Shown one piece after another: positions 9,380 to 22,869 of a stretch of DNA of 64,000 nucleotides. The stretch is from contig JBDOIF010000049.1 of NCBI GenBank assembly GCA_041082215.1, forward strand, positions 1 to 64,000, given 5' to 3'. The stretch comes from Anaerolineae bacterium. GTDB taxonomy: Bacteria; Chloroflexota; Anaerolineae; B4-G1; DUEL01. Both the position numbers and the translations under genes were made by a program. The first letter of the stretch is position 1. Every line of letters begins with the position of its first letter. Under the pieces are notes generated by a model. The model was not told where the DNA came from. It did no database searches and saw only the letters and a list, made by a program, of their open reading frames with translations.

Positions 9380-10792
9380 ATGAACACTCTGTACAGGCTC
9401 CTCTTCCTTCTGGTGGTGTTGATGCTGGTTTGGCCTGTCCCAACAGAGGCCCAGTCCGGCGGGCCGGGGCAGCCACTGATCCACATCGTGCAGCGGGGGG
9501 AGACGCTCTTCTCCATCGCCAGGCGGTACGGCACCACGGTGGACGCCATCACCCACGCCAACTCCATCGCAGACCCCCGCCACATTTACGTCGGGCAGCG
9601 GCTGATGATCCCCAACGCCCCCGTCGTAAGCCCGGTGTGGACCACCCACGTTGTCCGGGCGGGGGAGAGCCTGGAAGCCGTCGCTACCCAGTACGGGCTG
9701 GCCTGGCGGACGGTGGCGCTGGCCAACCGGCTGCTGAACCCCCACCTGCTTTCGGCAGGTCAGCTTCTCCGGATACCGGCGGATGGCACAGGGATATATA
9801 GCGGAGCCCTCCACATTGTTCAGCCGGGCGAGACCCCCCTATCCATCGCCTTCCGCCACGGCCTTCCCCTCTGGAAGCTGCTGGAGGCCAACGGCTTCAC
9901 CGACCCCGCCTCGCTCTTCCCCGGACAGCATCTGTTGATCCCCGGCGAACGGCCGGACTGGATGCCCTACCCCTTCGAGGCGGTCGAACTGACACCGATC
10001 CCGGTGCGGCAGGGAGAGACGCTCCTGGTGACCGTCCGGACCGAGGAGCCGGTCACCCTGACCGGCTCACTGTTCGACCGGCCCGTTTATTTCGTGGAGG
10101 CGGGCAGGGCTTATTATGCGCTGGTCGGGGTGCATGCCCTGGCCGACCCCGGCCTCTATGAACTCACGCTGACCGCCACCACGGGGGAGGGGGGGCAGGC
10201 AGGGTTAAGTGTAGGGGTGGTTGTCCAGGAGGGCGGGTACAGCCACGAGCGGATAGACATCCCGCCCGGCCGCGTCGGGCTTCTGGACCCCGCCCTGATC
10301 GCGTCGGAGGAGGAGCGGCTGGACCGGGTGCGGTATCTGTTCACCCCCACCCGCCGCTGGCACGGCCCTTTCCTTCCGCCGGTGGAAGCGGCGATCAGTT
10401 CCTATTTCGGCACCCGTCGCTCCTATAACGGCGGGCCGTACAACAGTTACCACGCCGGAGTGGACTTCGACGCGGGGATGGGGGCGCCGGTCCGCGCCCC
10501 CGCCGACGGCGCGGTGGTGCTGGCCGAGCCGCTCACGGTGCGGGGCAACGCGATCGTGCTGGACCACGGATGGGGGCTGCTGACCGGATACTGGCATCTT
10601 TCCAGCATCGAGGTATCGGAAGGGCAGGAGGTGCGGGCAGGGGACATCATCGGCCGGGTGGGAAGCACCGGCCTCTCCACCGGCGCCCATCTCCACTGGG
10701 AGATGTGGGTGGGTGGCATCAGCGTGAACGGCCTGCAGTGGCTGGGGCCAGGCTACCCCTGGAGCGAGCTGGAAGAGGCCGCAACGCCCTGA
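9380..10792 (+). CDS. Secreted LysM x3 / M23 family peptidoglycan endopeptidase
   Basis: Signal peptide, three HIVQ.GE.L.SIA LysM repeats, HAGVD, GYWHLS, GSTGLSTGAHLHWE. Confidence 0.92.
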   Translation: MNTLYRLLFLLVVLMLVWPVPTEAQSGGPGQPLIHIVQRGETLFSIARRYGTTVDAITHANSIADPRHIYVGQRLMIPNAPVVSPVWTTHVVRAGESLEAVATQYGLAWRTVALANRLLNPHLLSAGQLLRIPADGTGIYSGALHIVQPGETPLSIAFRHGLPLWKLLEANGFTDPASLFPGQHLLIPGERPDWMPYPFEAVELTPIPVRQGETLLVTVRTEEPVTLTGSLFDRPVYFVEAGRAYYALVGVHALADPGLYELTLTATTGEGGQAGLSVGVVVQEGGYSHERIDIPPGRVGLLDPALIASEEERLDRVRYLFTPTRRWHGPFLPPVEAAISSYFGTRRSYNGGPYNSYHAGVDFDAGMGAPVRAPADGAVVLAEPLTVRGNAIVLDHGWGLLTGYWHLSSIEVSEGQEVRAGDIIGRVGSTGLSTGAHLHWEMWVGGISVNGLQWLGPGYPWSELEEAATP

Positions 10793-11042
10793 CAGCCCTC
10801 CACCATCGGCGACGGGAGAGCAGGGCCGGACGAGGGGGCAGGAGCAGGCGACGGGCGCGCTGCTCCATCCGCGCCGGGACCAGGAGAAAGACCTCCCCCA
10901 ACCCGTCCAGCGTGATGCCGATGGCCGGCCCGGCGCTCTCGTACCGCAGAAGGACCGGCACACCCTGGCTTTCCAAGAATGACTTGAACGCCTGCGCCCG
11001 CAACATGCCCTGCACCCGCCGGACGGATACCCATTTTGCCAC
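10719..11042 (-). CDS. DUF2007-like small putative signal-transducing protein
   Basis: AQAFKSFLESQGVPVLL.YES...GLGEV.LLVP; AAGGAGGT RBS before GTG 11042; 3' end overlaps the M23 gene. Confidence 0.7.
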   Translation of the reverse strand: MAKWVSVRRVQGMLRAQAFKSFLESQGVPVLLRYESAGPAIGITLDGLGEVFLLVPARMEQRARRLLLPPRPALLSRRRWWRAVRALRPLPARSRGSLAPATAGRSR

Positions 11043-11061
11043 GGGAGACCTCCTTTCGGCC

Positions 11062-11121
11062 ATTATAGCCCGAATGAGCCAGGGGTCAAGGCTGGACAAA
11101 TCCGCCGAAATCGTGTATCAT
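11062..11121. promoter_or_regulatory. Back-to-back sigma70-type promoters
   Basis: Minus strand TTGACC-16-TATAAT (11089-11062); plus strand TGGACA-17-TATCAT (11093-11121). Confidence 0.6.
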
Positions 11122-11176
11122 TTCGCTGCTGCCCGGGAGCTACCTGACCATCAAAAGATAAAGGGATAGGAGACCG

Positions 11177-12241
11177 ATGGATAAGATTGGACAACTTTTA
11201 AAGGAGCTCACAGAAGCCCACGGAGTCCCAGGCCATGAGCTCGAAGTCCGTTCCCTGGTGCGGAGCTATCTGGAGCCGCTGGGGACCATCGAGCAGGACC
11301 GCATCGGCAGCCTGATCTGCCGGCTCGGGGAACGGGGGCCCCGGGTCATGCTGGCCGGCCATATGGACGAGATCGGCTTTATGGTCAACCACATCACTGA
11401 CGAAGGATTCCTCAAGTTTCTCCCCCTGGGCGGCTGGTGGGATCAGGTGCTCCTCGGTCAACAGGTCATTGTCAAAACCCATAAAGGAGACCTGCCGGGG
11501 GTGATCGGCGCCAAACCCCCCCATCTCCTTCCACCGGATGAACAGAAGAAGGTGGTGGAGAAGAAGGAGATGTACATAGACATCGGCGCCACATCCAAAC
11601 AGGAAGTGGAAGAGGCGGGCGTCCGCGTGGGCGATCCGGTCGTCCCCGCTGCCGAATTTCGCATTCTGGCCAACGGGAAGAGCTACCTGGGCAAAGCCTT
11701 CGACGACCGGGTCGGTGTGGCGCTGATGGTCGAGGCGATGCGCCACTTCTCCCACACCCCCCACCCCAACGTCCTCTACGGCGTCGCCACGGTGATGGAG
11801 GAGGTCGGCCTCCGCGGCGCCAAGACAAGCGCCGAGCTGGTAGACCCCGATGTGGCTATTATCCTGGAGTCGGACATTGCCGGCGATGTCCCCGGCATCA
11901 AGCCAGAGGAGACCTCCGTAAAGCTGGGGAGCGGCCCCAGCCTCCTGCTGCTGGATGCCCGGATGATCCCTAACCTCAAACTGCGGGACCTGGTGATCGA
12001 GACGGCCAGGAAGCTGGATATCCCCCTCCAGTTCTCCACAATGACCGGCGGGGCCACCGACGGGGGGCAGATCCACCTCCATCGCGCTGGCGTCCCCACC
12101 GTCGTCCTGGGGGTCCCTGCCCGCCACATCCACAGCCACGCCAGCATCATCCACCGGGACGACTTCGACCGGGCGCTGCGGTTGTTGATCGGTGTGGTGG
12201 AGCGGCTGGATGCGGAGACGGTGGCGGGGTTGACGCCTTAA
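11177..12241 (+). CDS. M42 family aminopeptidase (TET/FrvX-like)
   Basis: GHMDEIG, KAFDDRVG, MEEVGLRGA, GATDG, RHIHS. Confidence 0.93.
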   Translation: MDKIGQLLKELTEAHGVPGHELEVRSLVRSYLEPLGTIEQDRIGSLICRLGERGPRVMLAGHMDEIGFMVNHITDEGFLKFLPLGGWWDQVLLGQQVIVKTHKGDLPGVIGAKPPHLLPPDEQKKVVEKKEMYIDIGATSKQEVEEAGVRVGDPVVPAAEFRILANGKSYLGKAFDDRVGVALMVEAMRHFSHTPHPNVLYGVATVMEEVGLRGAKTSAELVDPDVAIILESDIAGDVPGIKPEETSVKLGSGPSLLLLDARMIPNLKLRDLVIETARKLDIPLQFSTMTGGATDGGQIHLHRAGVPTVVLGVPARHIHSHASIIHRDDFDRALRLLIGVVERLDAETVAGLTP

Positions 12242-12262
12242 CATCGGATGCTGTGTGTAAAG

Positions 12263-12313
12263 CGTCAAACGTCAGACGTCAGCTATACCCCATTTGACGT
12301 ACGACGTTTGACG
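12263..12313. repeat. Inverted heptamer hairpin (CGTCAAA-type x3 / TTTGACG-type x3)
   Basis: Same heptamer as 9304-9366, arranged as an inverted pair upstream of atpA. Confidence 0.85.
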
Positions 12314-12344
12314 CATCATGTTTCACGCATTTTCCGGAGGAGCT

Positions 12345-14009
<1,665 letters not shown>

Positions 14010-14012
14010 GCC

Positions 14013-16353
<2,341 letters not shown>

Positions 16354-16364
16354 AGGCCAGAAAG

Positions 16365-16802
16365 ATGGGATTGCGGCTGGATGTTGTGACCCCCGAGCGG
16401 GAACTCTTCAGTGGCGAGGTGGATTCCATACTGGCCCCCGGCGTGGAGGGGCAGATGGGCATCCTCCCCCATCACGCGCCACTGATCACCATACTGGCAG
16501 AGGGAGAACTGCTCGCCCGGCAGGGAGAGGAAGAGCTGGTCTTCGCCATCCACGGCGGCTATATGCAGGTCCTGCCCGAACGGGTGATCGTGCTGGCCGA
16601 CGTGGCGGAACGGGCGGAGGAGATTGACATCCAGCGGGCAGAGGAGGCCCGACGTCGGGCAGAGGAGCTTCTTTCCAGAGAAGCGCCGCCGGAGGAGCGG
16701 GCCGCCGCTACAGAGGCCCTGCGCCGCTCCCTGACCCGGCTGCAGGCAGCCCGACGGGGCAGGCGGCGACGCCCCCAGGAACAACCGCCCGAGCTTTCAT
16801 AA
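16365..16802 (+). CDS. atpC: F0F1 ATP synthase subunit epsilon
   Basis: [30 protein letters not shown]. Confidence 0.96.
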   Translation: MGLRLDVVTPERELFSGEVDSILAPGVEGQMGILPHHAPLITILAEGELLARQGEEELVFAIHGGYMQVLPERVIVLADVAERAEEIDIQRAEEARRRAEELLSREAPPEERAAATEALRRSLTRLQAARRGRRRRPQEQPPELS

Positions 16803-16860
16803 TCACGGATACACAGAATCTCCATGTCCCCGTGTTCGAAAAACTTGATCGGAGGCCGCT

Positions 16861-17871
16861 TTGCTGGGTAAAGAGATCGGAATTGACCTGGGCACGGTGA
16901 ACGTGCTCGTCTACGTCCGGGGCCAGGGGGTGGTCCTGCAGGAGCCCTCTGTCGTCGCGATCTCGATAGAAGAGGATAAGATCGTCGCCGTGGGGGAGGA
17001 GGCCCAGGCGATGCTGGGCCGCACCCCCGGGGCGTTTGAGGTCATCCGCCCGCTGCGCGACGGCGTCATCGCCGACTATCTGGTCACGGAGCGCATGCTC
17101 AACTACTTCCTGCGCAAGGCGGGGGGGCTTTCGCGTTTCTTCAAGCCGCGCGTGATGGTCAGCGTCCCCTACGGCGTGACCAGCGTCGAGCGGAGGGCCG
17201 TCCGCGAGGCCGCGCTGGATGCCGGAGCGGGTCGGGCCCACCTGATCCCCGAGCCCCTCGCCGCCGCACTGGGAGCCGGCCTCCCCATCAGCACCCCGTC
17301 GGGCAATATGGTGGTGGACCTGGGAGGAGGGGCCAGTGAGGCAGCCGTCATCGCCATGAACGGAATCGTCGCCGCCAACTCCGCCCGCGTGGGCGGCATC
17401 CGGCTGGACGAGGCGATTATGGCCTACATCCGCCGTAAATACAACCTCGTCATCGGCCAGCCCACCGCCGAGCAGATCAAAATCACGATCGGCAGCGCCC
17501 TCCCACTGGAGGAACCGCTGAAAATGGAGGTGCAGGGGCGAGACCAGGTAGCCGGGCTGCCCCGAACGATCGAGGTAAACTCCGACGAGATCACCGAGGC
17601 GATCGCCGAGCCTCTTGCCGCGATGGTCAACGTGATCAAGTCGGTGCTGGAACGGACCCCCCCCGAACTCTCCTCCGACATCATCGAACGGGGCATCGCC
17701 CTGGTGGGGGGAACCGCCCTCCTGCGCCGCATTGACGACCTGATCACCCAGGAGACAGGGGTGCCCGCCTGGGTGGCAGAAGCCCCTATGGCCTGCGTGG
17801 CCATCGGCGCCGGGCGGGCCCTGGAACAATACGAAATCCTCCGCCGCAGCGTGCCGGATATGGATGGATGA
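16861..17871 (+). CDS. mreB: Rod shape-determining protein MreB/Mbl
   Basis: [35 protein letters not shown] start after GGAGG. Confidence 0.95.
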   Translation: MLGKEIGIDLGTVNVLVYVRGQGVVLQEPSVVAISIEEDKIVAVGEEAQAMLGRTPGAFEVIRPLRDGVIADYLVTERMLNYFLRKAGGLSRFFKPRVMVSVPYGVTSVERRAVREAALDAGAGRAHLIPEPLAAALGAGLPISTPSGNMVVDLGGGASEAAVIAMNGIVAANSARVGGIRLDEAIMAYIRRKYNLVIGQPTAEQIKITIGSALPLEEPLKMEVQGRDQVAGLPRTIEVNSDEITEAIAEPLAAMVNVIKSVLERTPPELSSDIIERGIALVGGTALLRRIDDLITQETGVPAWVAEAPMACVAIGAGRALEQYEILRRSVPDMDG

Positions 17872-17880
17872 GACTGGAGA

Positions 17881-18321
17881 ATGGGGGAGACTATCCGCCC
17901 ACTCACCCTCGAGGACTATGACGCCCTGCTGGAGCTATGGCAACGGGCAGGGCTCCACTCCCTCAGGCCCCAGGGGCGGGATAGCCGGGAGGCCATCGCC
18001 CGCCAGCTCGCCAGCGGCGTGCAGACGATCCTGGGCCTGGAAATAGACGGCCGCCTGGTGGGAGCCGTCGTCGCTACCCACGACAGCCGCAAGGGATGGA
18101 TCAACCGGCTGGCGGTGGACCCCCAATTCCGCCGGCGGGGATATGGTCTGCGGCTCGTTCAGGCAGCGGAAGAGGCCCTGCACAAGCAGGGCCTGCAGGT
18201 CATCGCTGCGCTGGTGGAAAGCGATAACCCCGCCTCCCTCGCCCTCTTCCAGAAGGCCGGTTACGTGGAGATTGACCCGGGGATCCACTACCTGACCAGG
18301 CGGGAAAGCGAAGAGGCTTAA
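17881..18321 (+). CDS. GNAT acetyltransferase (YpeA-like)
   Basis: HDSRKGWINRLAVDPQFRRRGYG, NPASLALFQKAGY. Confidence 0.88.
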   Translation: MGETIRPLTLEDYDALLELWQRAGLHSLRPQGRDSREAIARQLASGVQTILGLEIDGRLVGAVVATHDSRKGWINRLAVDPQFRRRGYGLRLVQAAEEALHKQGLQVIAALVESDNPASLALFQKAGYVEIDPGIHYLTRRESEEA

Positions 18322-18325
18322 GGGG

Positions 18326-18475
18326 GGCAGCCCTCACCCCTCCCCCTACCCTCATCGGCCGTCTGAAGGAGAGGGAACTGCTGGAACAGGGATTAGGGGA
18401 GGCAGCCCTCACCCCTCCCTCTACCCTCATCGGCCGTCTGAAGGAGAGGGAACTGCTGGAACAGGGATTAGGGGA
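18326..18475 (+). repeat. 75-bp tandem duplication (2 copies, 1 mismatch) followed by a CCCTCACCC-family palindrome
   Basis: Units 18326-18400 and 18401-18475. Confidence 0.95.
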
Positions 18476-18521
18476 GGGAGCGCCCGCAGCAGGCGGGCAG
18501 GGGCAGGGTGAGGGTATTTCC

Positions 18522-19262
18522 TCACCCTGTGCGGTTCGCAAAGTGGGCCGCGATGGCAACAACCATCAGTACAATGATCGCAACCAGGCCGATCCCCAGG
18601 GCCCACCACCCCAGCAAGCCGGCGACAATCCCGATCATCACGAGGCCCGCCAGGGCGACCATCCCGTAAACTACGCCCCGCCTCTCCCTGCTCAGCGGGC
18701 GGCTGGCCCGCACCCAAAGACCTATCCCCGCCACCATAGCTGCCAGGCTGGCGAGCAGAGCGGAGACGAGGATCGGAGTCCCGGTGAGACGGCCCGCCCG
18801 GATGACCCAGATGCCACACGAACTGTCCCGGGAGGGGAGAGGGTATCTGGGGAACTGATACACCCGGACCAGGATCAGGTGTCCTCCATAAGCCGCGTCT
18901 TTGGGGGCCACACCCCATTCCAGAGTGGTCTCTTCCCCCGGTCCCAGGGAAAGCTGCGAAGTCTGTTCGCGCTTCAGCAGGACAAACCCGTCCGTGATGC
19001 TAGCACGGACGATGAAAACGGTCGGTCGTTCGAGGGGGTTCTTCAGGGGAAGGGAGACAGTACCGCTTTCCGTCGCCGTGATGAAAACGGGGCATCTCAG
19101 GCCCCGCAGGGGCGCCTCACCCCTGATCGCGGCGTCGAACAGGGAAGCCTCCAGATCCCCCCACGCTGCGCTGCCGAAGAGGAGGATGCCGAGGAGTGCG
19201 CCCACCGAAAAAAGGAGCATCCCCAAAACGCGCGCACCTTTCACCGATAGCCACCTTCTCAT
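18522..19262 (-). CDS. Hypothetical membrane protein (N-terminal TM, Ig-like soluble region, C-terminal TMs)
   Basis: Hydrophobic segments; end of ABC operon; start at MRRWLS inferred. Confidence 0.65.
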   Translation of the reverse strand: MRRWLSVKGARVLGMLLFSVGALLGILLFGSAAWGDLEASLFDAAIRGEAPLRGLRCPVFITATESGTVSLPLKNPLERPTVFIVRASITDGFVLLKREQTSQLSLGPGEETTLEWGVAPKDAAYGGHLILVRVYQFPRYPLPSRDSSCGIWVIRAGRLTGTPILVSALLASLAAMVAGIGLWVRASRPLSRERRGVVYGMVALAGLVMIGIVAGLLGWWALGIGLVAIIVLMVVAIAAHFANRTG

Positions 19263-19293
19263 CTCTACCCCAGCACGCGACAGCTCCCGGCGG

Positions 19294-19497
19294 TCAACCT
19301 CTCCGGCCTGCACGGCTGTAGAGCACGGCTCCAATACTGCCGACGATCAGGCCGCTCACCGACGCGGTGTAGGAGAGAAAACACAGGAAAAAGGTCGGTT
19401 GAATGACCCGGATGACCATCAGGAAAGGGAGGAAAACCCCTGTAAGGAGCAGGACAAATCCGACGAAAATCAGGCGCAACGGATGCGAGAGGCTCAT
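19294..19497 (-). CDS. Small 2-TM hypothetical membrane protein (67 aa)
   Basis: MSLSHPLRLIFVGFVLLLTGVFLPFLMV...; ATG overlaps the oppF stop. Confidence 0.65.
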   Translation of the reverse strand: MSLSHPLRLIFVGFVLLLTGVFLPFLMVIRVIQPTFFLCFLSYTASVSGLIVGSIGAVLYSRAGRRG

Positions 19498-20504
19498 CGG
19501 TATAGCCAGCAGGCGACCAGGTGCTCCGGCTCCGGCTCGAATTCGGGCGGCTCCTGCACATTGCACAGATCCAGGATGGCCTCTGAGCACCGGGGGTGAA
19601 AGCGACAGCCCGAAGGTGGGTTGATCAGGCTGGGCGGCTCCCCTGGCGGCACCTCCCGGAAACGGCGGGCGTTCTCCGCTGCCGGCTCAGGGATAGCGGC
19701 CAGCAGGGCCCAGGTATAGGGGTGCTTGGGATTTTCCACCACGCTGTCTATCGGCCCCTTCTCGATGATTTTCCCCGCGTACATCACGAAAACCCGTTCG
19801 GAAAAATAGCGCACGGTGGAGAGATCGTGCGTGATATACATCACCGAGAGCCCGTGGCTCTCCTGCAGGTCGCGCAGGAGGGTGAGGATTTCCACACGGA
19901 CGGAGGCATCCAGCATAGAGACCGGCTCATCGGCAACCAGAAGGCGGGGCTTCATCAAGATGGCCCGGGCGATGACCACGCGCTGTTGCTGCCCCCCACT
20001 CAACTGATGGGGGAACTTGGTCAGAAAATCCTCCACCGGGGTCATCTTGACCTCTTCCAGCGCCCGCCAGACCCTTTCCCGGCGCTGGTTGCGATCCCCC
20101 ACACCGGCCACGATGAGGGGCTCTTCCAGAATGTTCTGGACGTTCATAAAGGGAGGCAGCGCCCCGTAAGGGTCCTGCTGGACATATCCGACACGGGTGC
20201 GATACCAGCGCAACTCCTGCCGCCCGAATCCGGATAGATCACGCCCATCAAACAAAATACGGCCGCTCCGGGGCCGATGAAGGCCCAGGATCGTGCGCAT
20301 CAGGCTGGACTTGCCACAGCCGCTTTCCCCTACAATCGCCACAGCCTCGCTGCCGCCGAGGTCGAAATTCACCCCGTCCACGGCATGCACATAGCCAGCG
20401 ACACCTAACCCGAAGCGACGCAGCTCAAACCACACCCGCAGATCCCGAACCGACAACAGGCTCTCCTGAGGTGAAGACACCGAGGGAATCGGACTTTCAG
20501 ACAT
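19494..20504 (-). CDS. oppF: Oligopeptide/dipeptide ABC transporter ATP-binding protein (OppF-like)
   Basis: GESGCGKS, LSGGQQQR, ADEP, HPYT, GCRFHPRC. Confidence 0.92.
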   Translation of the reverse strand: MSESPIPSVSSPQESLLSVRDLRVWFELRRFGLGVAGYVHAVDGVNFDLGGSEAVAIVGESGCGKSSLMRTILGLHRPRSGRILFDGRDLSGFGRQELRWYRTRVGYVQQDPYGALPPFMNVQNILEEPLIVAGVGDRNQRRERVWRALEEVKMTPVEDFLTKFPHQLSGGQQQRVVIARAILMKPRLLVADEPVSMLDASVRVEILTLLRDLQESHGLSVMYITHDLSTVRYFSERVFVMYAGKIIEKGPIDSVVENPKHPYTWALLAAIPEPAAENARRFREVPPGEPPSLINPPSGCRFHPRCSEAILDLCNVQEPPEFEPEPEHLVACWLYR

Positions 20505-20542
20505 GACGATGCCACTCCTTGCACCAGAAAGGATTGGGGGCC

Positions 20543-21499
20543 TTATGTTTCGTAAAGCCAGCACTTGACCAGATGGCCATCCACCTGCAAGGTCGGTGGT
20601 TCCTGATCACACCGCTCGAAGCGTCGGTGACACCGTTCGGCAAACCGGCAGCCGGTGGGGGGGTTGATCAGGCTGGGCGGCCGGCCGGGGATGAACTCCA
20701 GCGTCTGCCTCCCATGGAGGCGGGGGACGGCCGCCAGCAGCTTCTGGGAATAGGGATGAAGCGGCTCCCCGAAAAAGCGGGTAGCGTCGCTCACCTCCAC
20801 GATCTGACCGGCATACATCACCGCTACATGGTCAACCAGATCGGACGAGGTAGCAATGTCGTGGGTGATGAGAATGTAGCTGATCTCCAACTCCTGCTTG
20901 ATCCGCTTCAGCGTGTTCATAATACTGGCCTGGGTCAGGACGTCCAGGGCAGATGTAGGCTCATCCAGGATGACCACCTGGGGCGAGGTCATCAACGCCA
21001 TGGCAATAGCGACCCGCTGTCGCATACCGCCGCTCAGCTCAAAGGGATAACGCTGCAGGAACGCCGTCGGAACGCCTACATACTCGAACATCCGTGTAGC
21101 CAGGTTCAGCGCCTCCTGCCTCTCCATCCCCACATGCAGGATCGCGGGTTCAGCCACCTGGTCCCCCACCCGCAGCACCGGGTTCAGGGCATTCATCGCT
21201 GCCTGAGGGATCATGGAGATTCCGCTCCATCGGACCTCCCGGCGGAAGGACTCCTCGTCCATCTCCATGATTTCTTTGTTGTCCAGATAAACCTTCCCCG
21301 TGTACCGGGCCACATTGCGCGGCAGCAGACGCAGGATCGCCCGCGCCAGGGAACTCTTGCCACACCCCGATTCCCCCAGAATGACAATGGCCTGGTTGCG
21401 CGGGAGGGAAAAGTCAACTTTATCTACAGCCTGCACAACCCCTTTACGGGTCTGGAAGTAGAGGACAAGCTCTTCTGTCTGCAATACCAGATCTGCCAT
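20543..21499 (-). CDS. oppD: Oligopeptide/dipeptide ABC transporter ATP-binding protein (OppD-like)
   Basis: GESGCGKS, LSGGMRQR, DEPTSALD, GCRFAERC. Confidence 0.92.
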   Translation of the reverse strand: MADLVLQTEELVLYFQTRKGVVQAVDKVDFSLPRNQAIVILGESGCGKSSLARAILRLLPRNVARYTGKVYLDNKEIMEMDEESFRREVRWSGISMIPQAAMNALNPVLRVGDQVAEPAILHVGMERQEALNLATRMFEYVGVPTAFLQRYPFELSGGMRQRVAIAMALMTSPQVVILDEPTSALDVLTQASIMNTLKRIKQELEISYILITHDIATSSDLVDHVAVMYAGQIVEVSDATRFFGEPLHPYSQKLLAAVPRLHGRQTLEFIPGRPPSLINPPTGCRFAERCHRRFERCDQEPPTLQVDGHLVKCWLYET

Positions 21500-21503
21500 T
21501 AGA

Positions 21504-22859
21504 CTACATCTCCCGCAGCTTTGGATTGAATATGCGGTCCAGAGAAAACCCCAGCATGGCGAAACCCAGGCCTGTGAACATCAACAGGAAGGCGGGCTCC
21601 AGCACCCAATAGTAGAGCCCTTTATACGGAGCACCGTTGGCGACAGCATCCTGGATCACCTTGCCCCAGGTAGGGAGGATGGGGTCGCCCAGCCCCAGGA
21701 CAGCCAGGGAGGCCTCCAGGAAGACGTAGGAGGGGATCATCGTGACCAGGTTAGGGATCAGCACCGGCAGGATACGGGGCACCAGGTAGTGGAGAATGAT
21801 GCGCCAATCGCTGGCACCGTAGGCCCGGGCGGCTTCGATGTAGGGGGATTCCCGAATCTGCAAGAAGATCGCGCGGTAGGTCTTGATCCCGCTTCCGAAA
21901 ATGCTGAGCAGGATCGTCGCCCCCAGGATGACCCAGATGCTGCGGGAATAGAAGGTACCGACCATGATGAGGATAGGGAGAAAGGGGAGCATCATATTGA
22001 TCTCGGTGACCCGCTGGATCAGCCCATCCACCCATCCGCTGAACCAGGTGCCCGTAGCGGCGATGATCATGGTCGTCACCGTCGTGCCCAGGGCTGCGAG
22101 CAGGCCGAAGGCCAGCGCCACCGGCGCCCCCCACAGGAGGGCGATCTTCAGGTCCCGCCGCAGATGGTCGGTACCCGCGATCCCGTACACCTTGCCGTAG
22201 ATAACCAGCTCCGTCTCCACCTCCGCATCCGGCTCGAAGGTAGTCACACGGACTTCCACCTGATAGGTGCCTTTCAGCGGCTTCGGCGCTCCTTCCGGGT
22301 GGGGCGATGTGAAGAGGCCCACCTCCACCGGCACATCCCCGATCAGACGCCGGATCCGGCGGAGCAGCGCCTCATCCTGGGCAAAGCGGAAACTGCCGCT
22401 GGGCCGGAGCACCACGTCGGCAATGGCGATCTCCCGCCCATCGGGAGTTCGCCACTTTACGGAGAGAAAAGGAGCTTTGGCAGTAAAGGAGGCGGTGTAA
22501 AAAATGTTGATCTCACGGGGAAAATCATCGGCCTGATAGTCAAACGTATAGACCTGGGTGATCATTTTCCCCTGACCCAACGGCTCCTCTGTACGCTCTC
22601 CCCCTCCCTGCCGGGAATCCAGGATGATCGTCTCCGGCAACTTCTCCCGTCGGAAGAGATTGGTCCAAACCGGCGGGACAGTCCTGGGGACGTTGTGCCA
22701 GATATCTTCCCCGCCGCGCCAGAGGACGATCGCCTCCTGATAAGGCACGGTGATAACGGTATAGATGGAGACAACGATCAGGAGGAAAGAGATAAAAACC
22801 CCGAATATCGCCGAGGGGTACTGTCGGATTTCGCGCAAGGCGTCTTTCAAAACTCCCAT
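21504..22859 (-). CDS. oppC: ABC transporter permease (OppC-like, with large extracellular insert)
   Basis: GTDHLRRD, YIEAARAYGAS EAA loop, LGLGDP, FNPKLR. Confidence 0.9.
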   Translation of the reverse strand: MGVLKDALREIRQYPSAIFGVFISFLLIVVSIYTVITVPYQEAIVLWRGGEDIWHNVPRTVPPVWTNLFRREKLPETIILDSRQGGGERTEEPLGQGKMITQVYTFDYQADDFPREINIFYTASFTAKAPFLSVKWRTPDGREIAIADVVLRPSGSFRFAQDEALLRRIRRLIGDVPVEVGLFTSPHPEGAPKPLKGTYQVEVRVTTFEPDAEVETELVIYGKVYGIAGTDHLRRDLKIALLWGAPVALAFGLLAALGTTVTTMIIAATGTWFSGWVDGLIQRVTEINMMLPFLPILIMVGTFYSRSIWVILGATILLSIFGSGIKTYRAIFLQIRESPYIEAARAYGASDWRIILHYLVPRILPVLIPNLVTMIPSYVFLEASLAVLGLGDPILPTWGKVIQDAVANGAPYKGLYYWVLEPAFLLMFTGLGFAMLGFSLDRIFNPKLREM

Positions 22860-22869
22860 TGTTCGCCCC

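Noticed and set aside
12319..12334. parS site (TGTTTCACG...)
   Set aside because: Only a half-site, and part of the heptamer run
18326..18475. Possible CRISPR array
   Set aside because: Two contiguous 75-bp units with no unique spacers and no cas genes
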